From sequence record MN850617.1: a stretch of 42,476 nt of DNA. One strand, given 5' to 3'. Made by a program: the position numbers and the translations under genes. Positions 31,891 through 40,557 of this stretch are shown here, one piece after another. Under the pieces are notes generated by a model. The model had not been told where the DNA came from, searched no databases, and saw only the letters and a list, made by a program, of their open reading frames with translations. Positions within the stretch are counted from its first letter, which is position 1, and the number at the start of each line of letters is the position of its first letter. Origin of the DNA: Escherichia phage forsur.

Positions 31891-32175
31891 ATGGTACTGG
31901 CATCTGAATCAATCATTGAACACGCTGCTGATATCCGGGCGGCGGTTGAAAAGCGCGGGGTCGCAGCTACCCGTGGTCATCTCTCTGGCAACGGTGGCCT
32001 GCGTGGTCACAGCGTAGGCGGTGTGTTTCCCTGCGTTATCTTTGCTCGTGGCAATCCTAATGTGAAGCTCGACTGGTGCTTCCTCACACCAGCGGGTGAT
32101 GAGTTCGATGGCTTCATTAGTTATGAGGATGCGTATGCAGCCGCGCAGGAATGGCTGGAGAAAAGAGAGGTGTAA
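31891..32175 (+). CDS. hypothetical early protein (94 aa)
   Basis: Start set at the second ATG, 31891 (GGAGGTGGGT upstream). Confidence 0.6.
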   Translation: MVLASESIIEHAADIRAAVEKRGVAATRGHLSGNGGLRGHSVGGVFPCVIFARGNPNVKLDWCFLTPAGDEFDGFISYEDAYAAAQEWLEKREV

Positions 32176-32176
32176 C

Positions 32177-32470
32177 ATGAGCAGAAGTGCTAAGTGGGAT
32201 GCGCTGGTACAGTGGGTGAAGGATAGCTTCGGGCCACCGCCTACCCCTGACCACGATGACTCGCCGTTCCAATACGTCGAGAAGAAAACGCAGGAGCTTA
32301 AGCTGGGCGACTACGTTGTAGCATACGGTGGATACATCCAGCGCATCGGTGCCGTTGAATATGATGGCAGCCGACTGGTTGTAACCAAGCTGGGGCATGG
32401 CCCTGAACGTGAATGGCAGGCGTTTGAAGACGACGAGTTCACAATCCGCACACTGAAAGAAGGAAAGTAA
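32177..32470 (+). CDS. hypothetical early protein (97 aa)
   Basis: Start trimmed to ATG 32177 (GAGAGG upstream). Confidence 0.65.
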   Translation: MSRSAKWDALVQWVKDSFGPPPTPDHDDSPFQYVEKKTQELKLGDYVVAYGGYIQRIGAVEYDGSRLVVTKLGHGPEREWQAFEDDEFTIRTLKEGK

Positions 32471-32472
32471 TC

Positions 32473-32988
32473 ATGGCTATTGACTTTAAATTATTCAACG
32501 CCGAGCAACTTGAAACTGTCAAGTCTCTGGCTGAGTTCATCGACAACCACCCGGAGCTGAGCGAACTGGTTGAGTTCAAGGGTGGCTACCTGCCGAAGCA
32601 AAGTTACATCGGCGCGGTGCGTAAAGGTCGTGAAGGTATGCTGGATATTATTCCGCAGACCAGAACCGGGGCGCTGCTGGCACGCAACGTCAGCGTGCTG
32701 ATTGGCATGAACGTGAAGCGTGCCAGTGAGCAGGGCAATGCGGCTGAGGTTGAGACGCTGCGCCTGACAGGTACGCTCGCAGCTAAGGCCATGTCGGAAC
32801 CGGACATTGCCGAGCGCTATCATGACTGGTACATGGCGTGCGCTAATGTGCCAAGCGATATCAGTGAGACGACGCTGGGCCTGCTGTTCGTAGGTGAGTT
32901 CATCGACGCAACCATCCGTGCAGTCAGCGGTCAGGTGGGTGAATTAATTCAGGCAATGCAGCAGGCCAAGAATGCAACACGTCACTAA
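32473..32988 (+). CDS. hypothetical early protein (171 aa)
   Basis: ORF-track ORF, tightly packed with its neighbours. Confidence 0.7.
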   Translation: MAIDFKLFNAEQLETVKSLAEFIDNHPELSELVEFKGGYLPKQSYIGAVRKGREGMLDIIPQTRTGALLARNVSVLIGMNVKRASEQGNAAEVETLRLTGTLAAKAMSEPDIAERYHDWYMACANVPSDISETTLGLLFVGEFIDATIRAVSGQVGELIQAMQQAKNATRH

Positions 32989-33142
32989 GCTCACCGTAAC
33001 CAAATCACCCACCGGATTATTCTGGTGGGTAGTTGATAAGCTGCAACCAAATAAACCTTTGGCTGTGCGTGATACAAAGTGGGAAGCCGAGAGTAAACTC
33101 GAAGACCTTCAACGTATTATGCGGAATGTTATTCCAGCTTAG
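32972..33142 (+). CDS. possible small protein (56 aa)
   Basis: Below the track cutoff, with only a weak RBS. It fills the gap before P4. An internal 9-bp hairpin (33007..33030) could instead be a regulatory stem-loop. Confidence 0.35.
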   Translation: MQHVTKLTVTKSPTGLFWWVVDKLQPNKPLAVRDTKWEAESKLEDLQRIMRNVIPA

Positions 33143-33176
33143 CCATCTACTCATGCCAGTTATTATTTAGCTGGCA

Positions 33177-33199
33177 TTATGAAGGTGACTATATTGGAC
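33177..33199 (+). promoter_or_regulatory. phage-RNAP promoter candidate P4 (TTATGAAGGTGACTATA|TTGGAC)
   Basis: 16 of 17 identity to P1 over -17..-1. Intergenic, at the head of the replication module. Directly preceded by the hairpin ATGCCAG-(11 nt)-CTGGCAT (33153..33177). Confidence 0.55.
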
Positions 33200-33213
33200 A
33201 ACCCGGAGGAAAT

Positions 33214-33381
33214 ATGTTTCGTGTATTAATGTTATTCGTACTCGTCGTTATATTGTGGGGCGCGTTATGGGTAGGCGTTGCCTATTTAATTCAGCCTTAC
33301 ATTGGCGAACAGCTTACCTCTGTAATTGGTACGCTGCTTGGGCTTTGTTGTTGGCGCAGTTGGTATGTCCAAGTGCATTGA
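33214..33381 (+). CDS. small membrane protein (55 aa)
   Basis: GGAGGA 4 nt upstream. Two hydrophobic segments. Below the track cutoff. Confidence 0.55.
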   Translation: MFRVLMLFVLVVILWGALWVGVAYLIQPYIGEQLTSVIGTLLGLCCWRSWYVQVH

Positions 33382-33408
33382 CATTGGCTGGAGTAAGGGG
33401 TGGATTAA

Positions 33409-33849
33409 ATGGTAAAGCCAAAGTACAAAGTCGGGGATGAAATCGTGGGCGACGATGGCACTGGCACCCGGTCGGGTAAGCTGGGTATCATCGCATGGGT
33501 TAACCCTGACCGCCGAGCGTGGGAACGCAGCGGGGAAACTCGTTACATCGTGAGCTGGATTGGCGAGCGCTTGAATGCGCAGCCGGATATCAGCCACTAC
33601 AAATCTGACTGGCTGGAGGACAACACCAGTCTGGTCAGTACCCCGGCGCAGAAGCGCGGTCGGTTCATGTGTCTGCTTGAGGGCGGCAGCACGCCGCCGA
33701 AGATTGAACACATCACTGAACGTGAAGCGCGTGATGAAGCTGAGCGTCTGGCAGAACGCCACGGTGGTACTGTCCGTGTGCTGCAAGTTGTGGCCAGCGT
33801 GAAGATGAAGAAGAAGATTCAGTACATACCGGACTGGGATAACGAATGA
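33409..33849 (+). CDS. hypothetical protein (146 aa)
   Basis: AAGGGG upstream. Confidence 0.7.
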   Translation: MVKPKYKVGDEIVGDDGTGTRSGKLGIIAWVNPDRRAWERSGETRYIVSWIGERLNAQPDISHYKSDWLEDNTSLVSTPAQKRGRFMCLLEGGSTPPKIEHITEREARDEAERLAERHGGTVRVLQVVASVKMKKKIQYIPDWDNE

Positions 33850-34556
33850 TGAAATCAGTGAGCAACGACGAGTGGCCGGAGCTGGCGAAGCGTCTGCCTG
33901 TAGGACAAAAGCGAAGGACGTTTCACAGTTGCTCGCGGTCATTCAACAAGACCAACTTCGAGTATGGCCGTGCGCCGGATTACATCTGGTGCAAGTGCCA
34001 CCGCTGTGGGTACAGCCAGAAGCGTGACCTGACTCACGCTGTGTATGTGCCGCCAGCCGAGGTGCAGGTGAAGGTGCCGACTGATGTGGTGCCTATCACT
34101 GAGGTGATTGCCAAGCAGCCACGACTGCTGCTGCCAGTGCTGGAGCGGGAGAACCTGATGCCGCACCTGTCACTCCTGACTGCAAGCCCAACGTATGGCA
34201 GGCTGTATCTGCCGGACGACACGGGCAGCTACTGTGGTCTGGACTACACCGGGCGGCAGTTCATCCCGTGGCGCTCGCCGCATAAGCATAGCTTGGCGAT
34301 GAAGGTCAGTCCTCGTGGTGACGCGGAGACTAACTGCCTCTGGATTTATGGTGAGGTGGATGAGTATCTCCAGCAGGTGCGCGATGGTGGTAACTGTGCA
34401 TTCGTTCCGAACGTGGATGATGCAACGTTGCAGGCTCTGGTCAGTGTGACGCTGGCGTATGGGTACAACCTCGTAGTCGTCTGCCACCACCCAAGCGCCC
34501 AACGTATCCGCAGGGAGCTGCGTATTGTGGGGCGTGTGCAAATCGTAGGAGAGTGA
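33846..34556 (+). CDS. DNA primase candidate (zinc-ribbon plus TOPRIM-like; 236 aa)
   Basis: HSCS..(x20)..CKCHRCG zinc-ribbon-like ligands. WIYGEVDEY and PNVDDA resemble the TOPRIM E and DxD motifs. Directly upstream of the helicase. Confidence 0.5.
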   Translation: MMKSVSNDEWPELAKRLPVGQKRRTFHSCSRSFNKTNFEYGRAPDYIWCKCHRCGYSQKRDLTHAVYVPPAEVQVKVPTDVVPITEVIAKQPRLLLPVLERENLMPHLSLLTASPTYGRLYLPDDTGSYCGLDYTGRQFIPWRSPHKHSLAMKVSPRGDAETNCLWIYGEVDEYLQQVRDGGNCAFVPNVDDATLQALVSVTLAYGYNLVVVCHHPSAQRIRRELRIVGRVQIVGE

Positions 34557-34557
34557 T

Positions 34558-35823
34558 GTGCTTGACAAGCTGTTGTTAACGGTGATGCGCGAGCGCGGGA
34601 AGTTCAACTCCCTGCGACACGCCATCCCGGAAGATACGATGAGCCAGACCACGAGCTATATGCTCAAGGCTTACGGCTCATACTTTGATGCGTTCCCGGA
34701 CAGTGACTACATTGACATTGACACGCTGGGTACGCACGTTCGTTTAAAGACAGGCAGCACGCCTGAACAGATGGCAGCCTTTGATTCGTTGTGCTCGCAG
34801 CTTCGAGAGTACAAGCCAACGAAGGAACAGAAGGAAGGTGTGCTTGACCAGCTCGTCGAGTTGGATACCGCTGGCCGTGCTAACCTGCTAATGCAGAGGT
34901 ACGACAATGGTGAGGAACTGGATATTATCTATGAGCTGGGCCGTCTTGCTGAGGGCGCACGTCGCAGCCGGGGGCAGTCATCTGTCACTGATTACGTGGA
35001 CGATGATGTGGTTGATATTCTCAACCGGACGGATGATAATCACGGCCTCAAGTTCGGTCTGCTCTGCTTGCAAGACAGCGTTCGCGTACTTCTACCCGGC
35101 GACTCCGTTGCCATCGGTGCTCGACCTGACAGCGGAAAGACTTCCTTCATCGCGTTTAACCTTACGCGAATGGCGGCGACAGCAGCGAAGCTCTATCCGG
35201 GCAGGCCAATCCTCTGGTTCAACAACGAGGGGCAGGGCATCAACATCATCCCGCGCATCTACCAAGCGGCGCTCAACTGCACGCTCCCAGAACTGAAAGA
35301 ACTGGGAGAGGACAGGGCTAAGCTGCACGCTGCGTATGCCAAAGCGCTGGGTGCGCCAGCCAACATCATTCGTGTGAAGGATATGCACGGCGCATCGCTG
35401 GCGAAAGCTGAGCAGGTTATCGAAGCGATGAACCCATGCGTTGTGGTGTGGGATATGCTGGCGAACTTCAAGCTGTCTGTCTCCGATGCCAACAGCAACA
35501 AGGCGTCGCAGGTTGAGCAGCTATGGCAGGAGGTACGTGAGCTGGCTGTGCGCCATGACTTCGTATCAATGGCCACGGTGCAGGTATCAGCCGATGGCAA
35601 GGATGATATGTTCCCTGCGCTGGATGCACTCAAGGATTCCAAGACTGGTATCCAAGGTGCGACTGATGTTATCGTCATGCTCGGCAGCGTGGATGACCCA
35701 TCGCTGGCAGCACGGCGCGGCGTCAGCACCCCAAAGAACAAACGCCAGATTGCTGGGCGTCCATCCAACGTGCGGTCACAGGTTCACTTCTTTGCTGACC
35801 GCTGCCAATTCGAGGATATGTAA
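34558..35823 (+). CDS. DnaB-like replicative DNA helicase (421 aa)
   Basis: GTG start with AGGAG 5 nt upstream. Walker A GARPDSGKTSF, Walker B-like VVVWDML, RecA-fold C-terminal region. Confidence 0.85.
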   Translation: MLDKLLLTVMRERGKFNSLRHAIPEDTMSQTTSYMLKAYGSYFDAFPDSDYIDIDTLGTHVRLKTGSTPEQMAAFDSLCSQLREYKPTKEQKEGVLDQLVELDTAGRANLLMQRYDNGEELDIIYELGRLAEGARRSRGQSSVTDYVDDDVVDILNRTDDNHGLKFGLLCLQDSVRVLLPGDSVAIGARPDSGKTSFIAFNLTRMAATAAKLYPGRPILWFNNEGQGINIIPRIYQAALNCTLPELKELGEDRAKLHAAYAKALGAPANIIRVKDMHGASLAKAEQVIEAMNPCVVVWDMLANFKLSVSDANSNKASQVEQLWQEVRELAVRHDFVSMATVQVSADGKDDMFPALDALKDSKTGIQGATDVIVMLGSVDDPSLAARRGVSTPKNKRQIAGRPSNVRSQVHFFADRCQFEDM

Positions 35824-36176
35824 TGAGCGTGATTAAGGTAGGCGACCGAGTTCGTAACTGTGACACCAAGAGCGTACACTATGGCGCGACTGGTACTGTG
35901 GTTGATATCGACAGCAAGTGTATCAGCATCAAGCGCGACGATGGCTCTCGCGGTTCCGGTATCTATGGCTCGTGGACTGCGCGGCCTGAGTGCTGGGAGC
36001 TGCTGGTTGAGGTAGCCGAGGTGCCGGAGCCGACGACCACTGACGAGGACTGGAGCTACGCTGAGGCTGAGCGTCTGTATCAGGCAGCGTGTGATGCGAT
36101 GGCCAAGTACAATCAGTACGTTGAGCGTAAGCCAACGACCAGCTACCTGCCCGGTAGCAAGCCGAGTAAGTGGTGA
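35823..36176 (+). CDS. hypothetical protein (117 aa)
   Basis: ATGTAATG-type coupling. The N-terminal KVGDRV..GTVVDI segment is SH3/KOW-like. Confidence 0.65.
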   Translation: MSVIKVGDRVRNCDTKSVHYGATGTVVDIDSKCISIKRDDGSRGSGIYGSWTARPECWELLVEVAEVPEPTTTDEDWSYAEAERLYQAACDAMAKYNQYVERKPTTSYLPGSKPSKW

Positions 36177-36340
36177 AGGGGCGCAGCTATCGCCGTTGCT
36201 CTTGCGGCGGCTGCCTGCTGGTTGAGCAGGTCAAGGGCAAAGCCACTGGCAAACCGCTGGTGATTTACGAGTGTGAAAAGTGTGGAGCTAAGCAGTATGG
36301 AAGACAAGGTGTATCGAGCAGCACCCTTAACCCAGCGTGA
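36173..36340 (+). CDS. possible zinc-ribbon protein (55 aa)
   Basis: GTG in a GTGA overlap. CSCGGC..(x20)..CEKCG four-Cys pattern. Below the track cutoff. Overlaps the next ORF by 44 nt. Confidence 0.35.
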   Translation: MKGRSYRRCSCGGCLLVEQVKGKATGKPLVIYECEKCGAKQYGRQGVSSSTLNPA

Positions 36341-36488
36341 ACAAGACACCATCCGGGCGCAGTACCGGAAGGGTGATGCGTTCCGTGGGGAAGAAGCATT
36401 GGGTGAGCGCTACAATGTGGCACCCGAAGATATCGTGGCTGTGGTTAACTTCACCTACCGTAAGGGGAAACAGAAGCATGATAAGTAA
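36297..36488 (+). CDS. hypothetical protein (63 aa)
   Basis: Start trimmed to ATG 36297 (GGAG about 10 nt upstream). Confidence 0.5.
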   Translation: MEDKVYRAAPLTQREQDTIRAQYRKGDAFRGEEALGERYNVAPEDIVAVVNFTYRKGKQKHDK

Positions 36489-37161
36489 TGCCGAAGCTAA
36501 GCGCGTGTGGGCAGAAGACATCTGCCGTCTGCTGCAATCCGAAGAACTGAACTTCGTGGTTGCCGGGGGAGGGGCAAGGGATACCGCGTTGGGTGTTGAG
36601 CCGAAGGACTACGACATTGTGGTCTTTGGTTGGGGTGGTGATGTGAGCCGTGTGGCTGGCCGACTGGACTGGCTGGACTCCAGACTGGAGGACTATGCCA
36701 AGCAGCACGAGCTGTCGTATGAATACATGCCGAGCTATCACGATGCAGCAGAGGGTGGCGACTTCGGCTCCCGGCTGTGGGGTGTGTATAAGATTGGCCC
36801 GGTCGATGTGATTATCAGTAAGTGTGGGTGCTGGTCACAGGTACTGAACGAGTTCGACTTCAACCTGAACCAGTTCTACTTCCCGTCCAGTATCCCGCGT
36901 TACTCCGGCCAGTACAGCCGTGACCCCGGCGAGTTCATGGCGTATCCGTATGAGCCGAACCTCACTGCCGAAGATGTGCAGTGGTTCCCGGCGCTGGCCA
37001 GCCTGGTAGAAAGCTATGATGACCTGCTGACTCTCCGTGTCTGCCGACCGGATGCCAGCCTGAGTCGTGTGGCTTACATGCTGGAGAAGCACGAGAAGTA
37101 TCTGCCAGCCATTGAAGCATACGTTAATCGTATGCCCGACCACTTAGGTGGCAAAGCATAG
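36478..37161 (+). CDS. Pol-beta-superfamily nucleotidyltransferase, CCA-adding/poly(A)-polymerase head-domain-like (227 aa)
   Basis: Start trimmed to ATG 36478. VAGGGARDTALGVEPKDYDIVV matches the GGxxRDxxLGxxxxDxD signature. Confidence 0.65.
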   Translation: MISNAEAKRVWAEDICRLLQSEELNFVVAGGGARDTALGVEPKDYDIVVFGWGGDVSRVAGRLDWLDSRLEDYAKQHELSYEYMPSYHDAAEGGDFGSRLWGVYKIGPVDVIISKCGCWSQVLNEFDFNLNQFYFPSSIPRYSGQYSRDPGEFMAYPYEPNLTAEDVQWFPALASLVESYDDLLTLRVCRPDASLSRVAYMLEKHEKYLPAIEAYVNRMPDHLGGKA

Positions 37162-37171
37162 CGGGGGATTG

Positions 37172-39637
37172 ATGGCTATTCGAGCACAGATTATCGACGT
37201 TGAAACTGAGAACCATGAGTGGTATGGGGAGCTGGCATCACCTCGCTGCCCTGACAACTACGTGGTGATGCAGGGACAGCGCGACTGTGTGCTGACCAAG
37301 GATGGCTGGGAGTTCTACAAGCGTGAGGAATATCGGTACGCATCCCGTGAGGATTGGCTGGCGAACAAGAGCCTGCACCTCCACCCGGATACGAACATAC
37401 TGGTTGCACACAACGCGCCGTATGAACTGAGCTGGTGGTTCGAGCATTACGGTGACGAGTTCAAGGCATTCCTCTTACGAGGTGGCCGCGTATTCTGTAC
37501 CGCTTATGCTGAGTATCTGCTGACACACCAGCAATCCCAGTACCCATCCTTGAACGAGACAGCACCGAAGTATGGTGGTACTCACAAGGTGGATGCAGTC
37601 AAGGCAATGTGGGAGTCAGGTTATCTGACCAGCCAGATTGACGCTGAGCTGCTGAGCGAGTATCTGTCCGGGCCGTCCGGCGATATCGAGAACACGACCA
37701 AGCTGTTCGTTGGTCAGTGGGCAGAGCTGACGAAGCAGGGCATGTTGCAGATGGCACTGACCCGGTTCGAAGGTATGCTCATGTGGGCGTACATGATGCA
37801 CTCCGGTCTGCACGTTGACCGTGAGGTAGCAGAGCGTAACCGCCGTGAGTTGCAGGATTCAATCAGTGGGTTAACCGAGACACTGATGGGCTACCTGCCT
37901 GCCGACATGCCGAGTGAAGCGCGTGAGCAATTCAAGTTCACGTCTGCATATCACATGAGCGCGTTCGTGTTCGGCGGCGTGATGAAGTACAAGGCGCGGG
38001 TCGAGCGCCGGGATGCCGATGGCAATCTCATTTACGTGAAGGTGGATGCACCACTGTTCAAGCGTGGCAAGGACAAGTGGCTCAAGCATACCAGCGAGTG
38101 CGTGTGGGATGATGAGACTGGGTTGTGGTATGACCCGGTTGAGAAGGTACACCAGACTATCTACTCCAGCGGCAAGCACAAAGGCGAGCCGAAGTTTGAG
38201 AAGCTGGCGACCGATGAGGTGGACACTAAGTGGGGTGAGGTACTGTTCCGGCTGCCCGGTCTGCTGCGTGTGCAGGACAGACGGGCGCGGGAGATTGCCG
38301 ACAACCTTGAGTGGGAAGACCCGAAGCGTCCGGGTGAATATCTCCGGCGCACTGGTGACTGGGTAGGTAAGCGCAAGCTGGCTGACGGTTCTCCTGTATT
38401 CAGTACGGCGGGTGAGGTGCTGGACATTCTGGCAGCTCGTAAGATTCCCGGCGTCGTGGAGATTGCTGACCGGGCCAAGGCGCAGAAAGACCTAGGCACC
38501 TACTACCTCAGCGAGACGTTTGATGAGGATGGCAACGTGACTGGCCAGTCGGGGATGATGCAGTTCATCCAGCCGGACAGTATCGTACACCACACCATCA
38601 ACATGACCGCGACTGAGACGACACGCTTGTCGTCGCAGCGACCGAACAGCCAGAACCTGCCGCGTAAAGGTACGAGTAAAGTTAAGCAGATGTTCACCTC
38701 CCGCTTTGGCGAAGGTGGCCGCATCGTTGAGGCTGACTACTCGGCACTGGAAGTGGTGGGGTTGGCCGGGTTCAGTAAGGACAAGAACCTGATTCGTGCA
38801 TTGCTCGATGGTATCGACATGCACTGTATGCGATTGTCTGCTCAACTCAATGAGCCATACGAGGACGTGCTTAAGAAGTGCAAGGATGAGTCCCATCCTG
38901 ACCATGCACGATACAGTCAGATGCGTACTGACATCAAGCCCAAGGCGTTCTCCTATCAGTATGGTGCAACAGCGCGGGGCATTGCCTACTCGACTGGTTG
39001 CTCGGAGGAAGAAGCACAGGCGTTCATCGACAACGAGAAGGGTCTGTTCCCGGAAGTTGAAGAATGGTTCGACGCTGTAATCTTCCCCGCCGTTGAGCGT
39101 AGTGGACAGAGCAACGTGTTCAAGGAACAAGATGAGAACGGACGGTGGCAGGTGTATCGCCGTGGTCACTTCCGCTCGCCGGGTGGAACTTGTTATTCAT
39201 TCCGTCAGTACGAGAAATGGAACAAGGCGGCGCGTGCTTATCTGATGGAATACAAACCAACCCAAATGCGTAACTATCCTATTCAGGGTGAGACAGCGTT
39301 TTGGGTACAGGGAATTGGTGGGCTGCTGTTCCGCTGGCTGCTGGCCAATGACTTCTTTGGTGGGCGTGTGGTTCCCATCAACCAAGTGCATGACGCATTC
39401 TATTTCGACGTGGCACCTGACTGCCCTCACGAGTTCTTCGTTGGACTCAAGGCAATCATGGAATCCATACCGGAATACTACAACCACATCTGGCCTGAAT
39501 ATAACCTGACAGTTCCGTTTCCGGCAGAGGTAGAAGCTGGGCCAAGCATGTACGAAAAGCATCACGTAGAGACGACAGCCGAAGAAGTGCTGGAGTTCAA
39601 ACGTAACTTCCTGACGAGTAAGGGTATTAGCATATGA
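37172..39637 (+). CDS. family-A DNA polymerase with 3'-5' exonuclease domain (821 aa)
   Basis: Start trimmed to ATG 37172 (GGGGGA upstream). Exo I IIDVETEN, motif A EADYSALEVV, motif B RTDIKPKAFSYQYG, motif C NQVHDAF. Confidence 0.93.
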   Translation: MAIRAQIIDVETENHEWYGELASPRCPDNYVVMQGQRDCVLTKDGWEFYKREEYRYASREDWLANKSLHLHPDTNILVAHNAPYELSWWFEHYGDEFKAFLLRGGRVFCTAYAEYLLTHQQSQYPSLNETAPKYGGTHKVDAVKAMWESGYLTSQIDAELLSEYLSGPSGDIENTTKLFVGQWAELTKQGMLQMALTRFEGMLMWAYMMHSGLHVDREVAERNRRELQDSISGLTETLMGYLPADMPSEAREQFKFTSAYHMSAFVFGGVMKYKARVERRDADGNLIYVKVDAPLFKRGKDKWLKHTSECVWDDETGLWYDPVEKVHQTIYSSGKHKGEPKFEKLATDEVDTKWGEVLFRLPGLLRVQDRRAREIADNLEWEDPKRPGEYLRRTGDWVGKRKLADGSPVFSTAGEVLDILAARKIPGVVEIADRAKAQKDLGTYYLSETFDEDGNVTGQSGMMQFIQPDSIVHHTINMTATETTRLSSQRPNSQNLPRKGTSKVKQMFTSRFGEGGRIVEADYSALEVVGLAGFSKDKNLIRALLDGIDMHCMRLSAQLNEPYEDVLKKCKDESHPDHARYSQMRTDIKPKAFSYQYGATARGIAYSTGCSEEEAQAFIDNEKGLFPEVEEWFDAVIFPAVERSGQSNVFKEQDENGRWQVYRRGHFRSPGGTCYSFRQYEKWNKAARAYLMEYKPTQMRNYPIQGETAFWVQGIGGLLFRWLLANDFFGGRVVPINQVHDAFYFDVAPDCPHEFFVGLKAIMESIPEYYNHIWPEYNLTVPFPAEVEAGPSMYEKHHVETTAEEVLEFKRNFLTSKGISI

Positions 39638-40521
39638 CCGCATCAGTATTGAACCGCATGAACTCCATCGTCGAACAGTATGTTGACGAGGAAGAACTTG
39701 ACTTTAACGAAGCCACGTCTGGTGGTGGTAAGCTCCTGCCGGAAGGTAAGGCGCTGGCCCGTCTGGTTGGCTACGTTGAGGTGGGGCCGCACGCCACTAA
39801 GCAGGCACCGGACAAACCGCCAGTCAATAAGTTCTTCCTCCAGTTCGCACTGTGGGGCAAGGCCAAGAACGGCGAGACTTACCACGAAGTTGTCAATGGT
39901 AAGATGGTGCCGGGCAAAGTTCGCACGCAGTTCATCGCTGTGAAGAAAGACCTGAACAGTAAGTCCGGCGCTTACAAATTGTTCAAGCGCATGAACCCGG
40001 ACAAGACTGCGAAGCACTTCGCGCAGTTGCTGAACCACACGTTCATCGTTCCGATTACCCACAACGAATCTGGTGAGGGTGATAACAAGAAGGTGTATGC
40101 GAACATCGACCTTGAGAACATCATGCTCGCTGTTGACCCGGTAACTGACCAGCCGTACCCGGTGCCGGAAGTCGAAGACGAGACGCTGTTCAAGCTGTTC
40201 CTGTGGAACCGTCCGACCAAGGAAGACTGGGAATCGCTGTACATCGACGGCAAGAACGACGATGGTAAATCCAAGAACTGGATTCAGGACAAGCTGCTTG
40301 AGTCTCCTGAGTTCCCCGGCTCACCGCTCGACCTGCTGCTCAATGGTGCTGGCGCTGGCTCTGCCATCGCTGAGCTGCCGGAGCTGGGTGATGCAGGCCA
40401 GCCGGAGGAAGTGAAGGAAGTCAAGCAGGAAGTCGCTGAGCTTCCGGTGAAGGGTGAAGCCGACAGCAAGAAAGAGCCGGACGTGACTGGCGAAGCTGAC
40501 TTCGGTTTGCCTAGCCTGTAA
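39634..40521 (+). CDS. hypothetical protein with an acidic C-terminal tail; ssDNA-binding protein candidate (295 aa)
   Basis: ATGA coupling to the polymerase. The last ~70 aa are Glu/Asp/Pro-rich and end in ..EADFGLPSL. Confidence 0.6.
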   Translation: MTASVLNRMNSIVEQYVDEEELDFNEATSGGGKLLPEGKALARLVGYVEVGPHATKQAPDKPPVNKFFLQFALWGKAKNGETYHEVVNGKMVPGKVRTQFIAVKKDLNSKSGAYKLFKRMNPDKTAKHFAQLLNHTFIVPITHNESGEGDNKKVYANIDLENIMLAVDPVTDQPYPVPEVEDETLFKLFLWNRPTKEDWESLYIDGKNDDGKSKNWIQDKLLESPEFPGSPLDLLLNGAGAGSAIAELPELGDAGQPEEVKEVKQEVAELPVKGEADSKKEPDVTGEADFGLPSL

Positions 40522-40557
40522 GACTGGTGGCCACAGGGACGTGGCCGGAGGACAACG

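Noticed and set aside
581-37171. N-terminal extensions proposed by the ORF track for many genes (581, 1101, 1735, 4568, 5201, 9383, 28623, 29103, 29719, 31489, 31879, 32096, 36337, 37148, 41423)
   Set aside because: In each case a downstream ATG has a good Shine-Dalgarno sequence at 4-10 nt. The extension runs through an upstream gene, a conserved hairpin element or a predicted promoter. Starts were trimmed accordingly.
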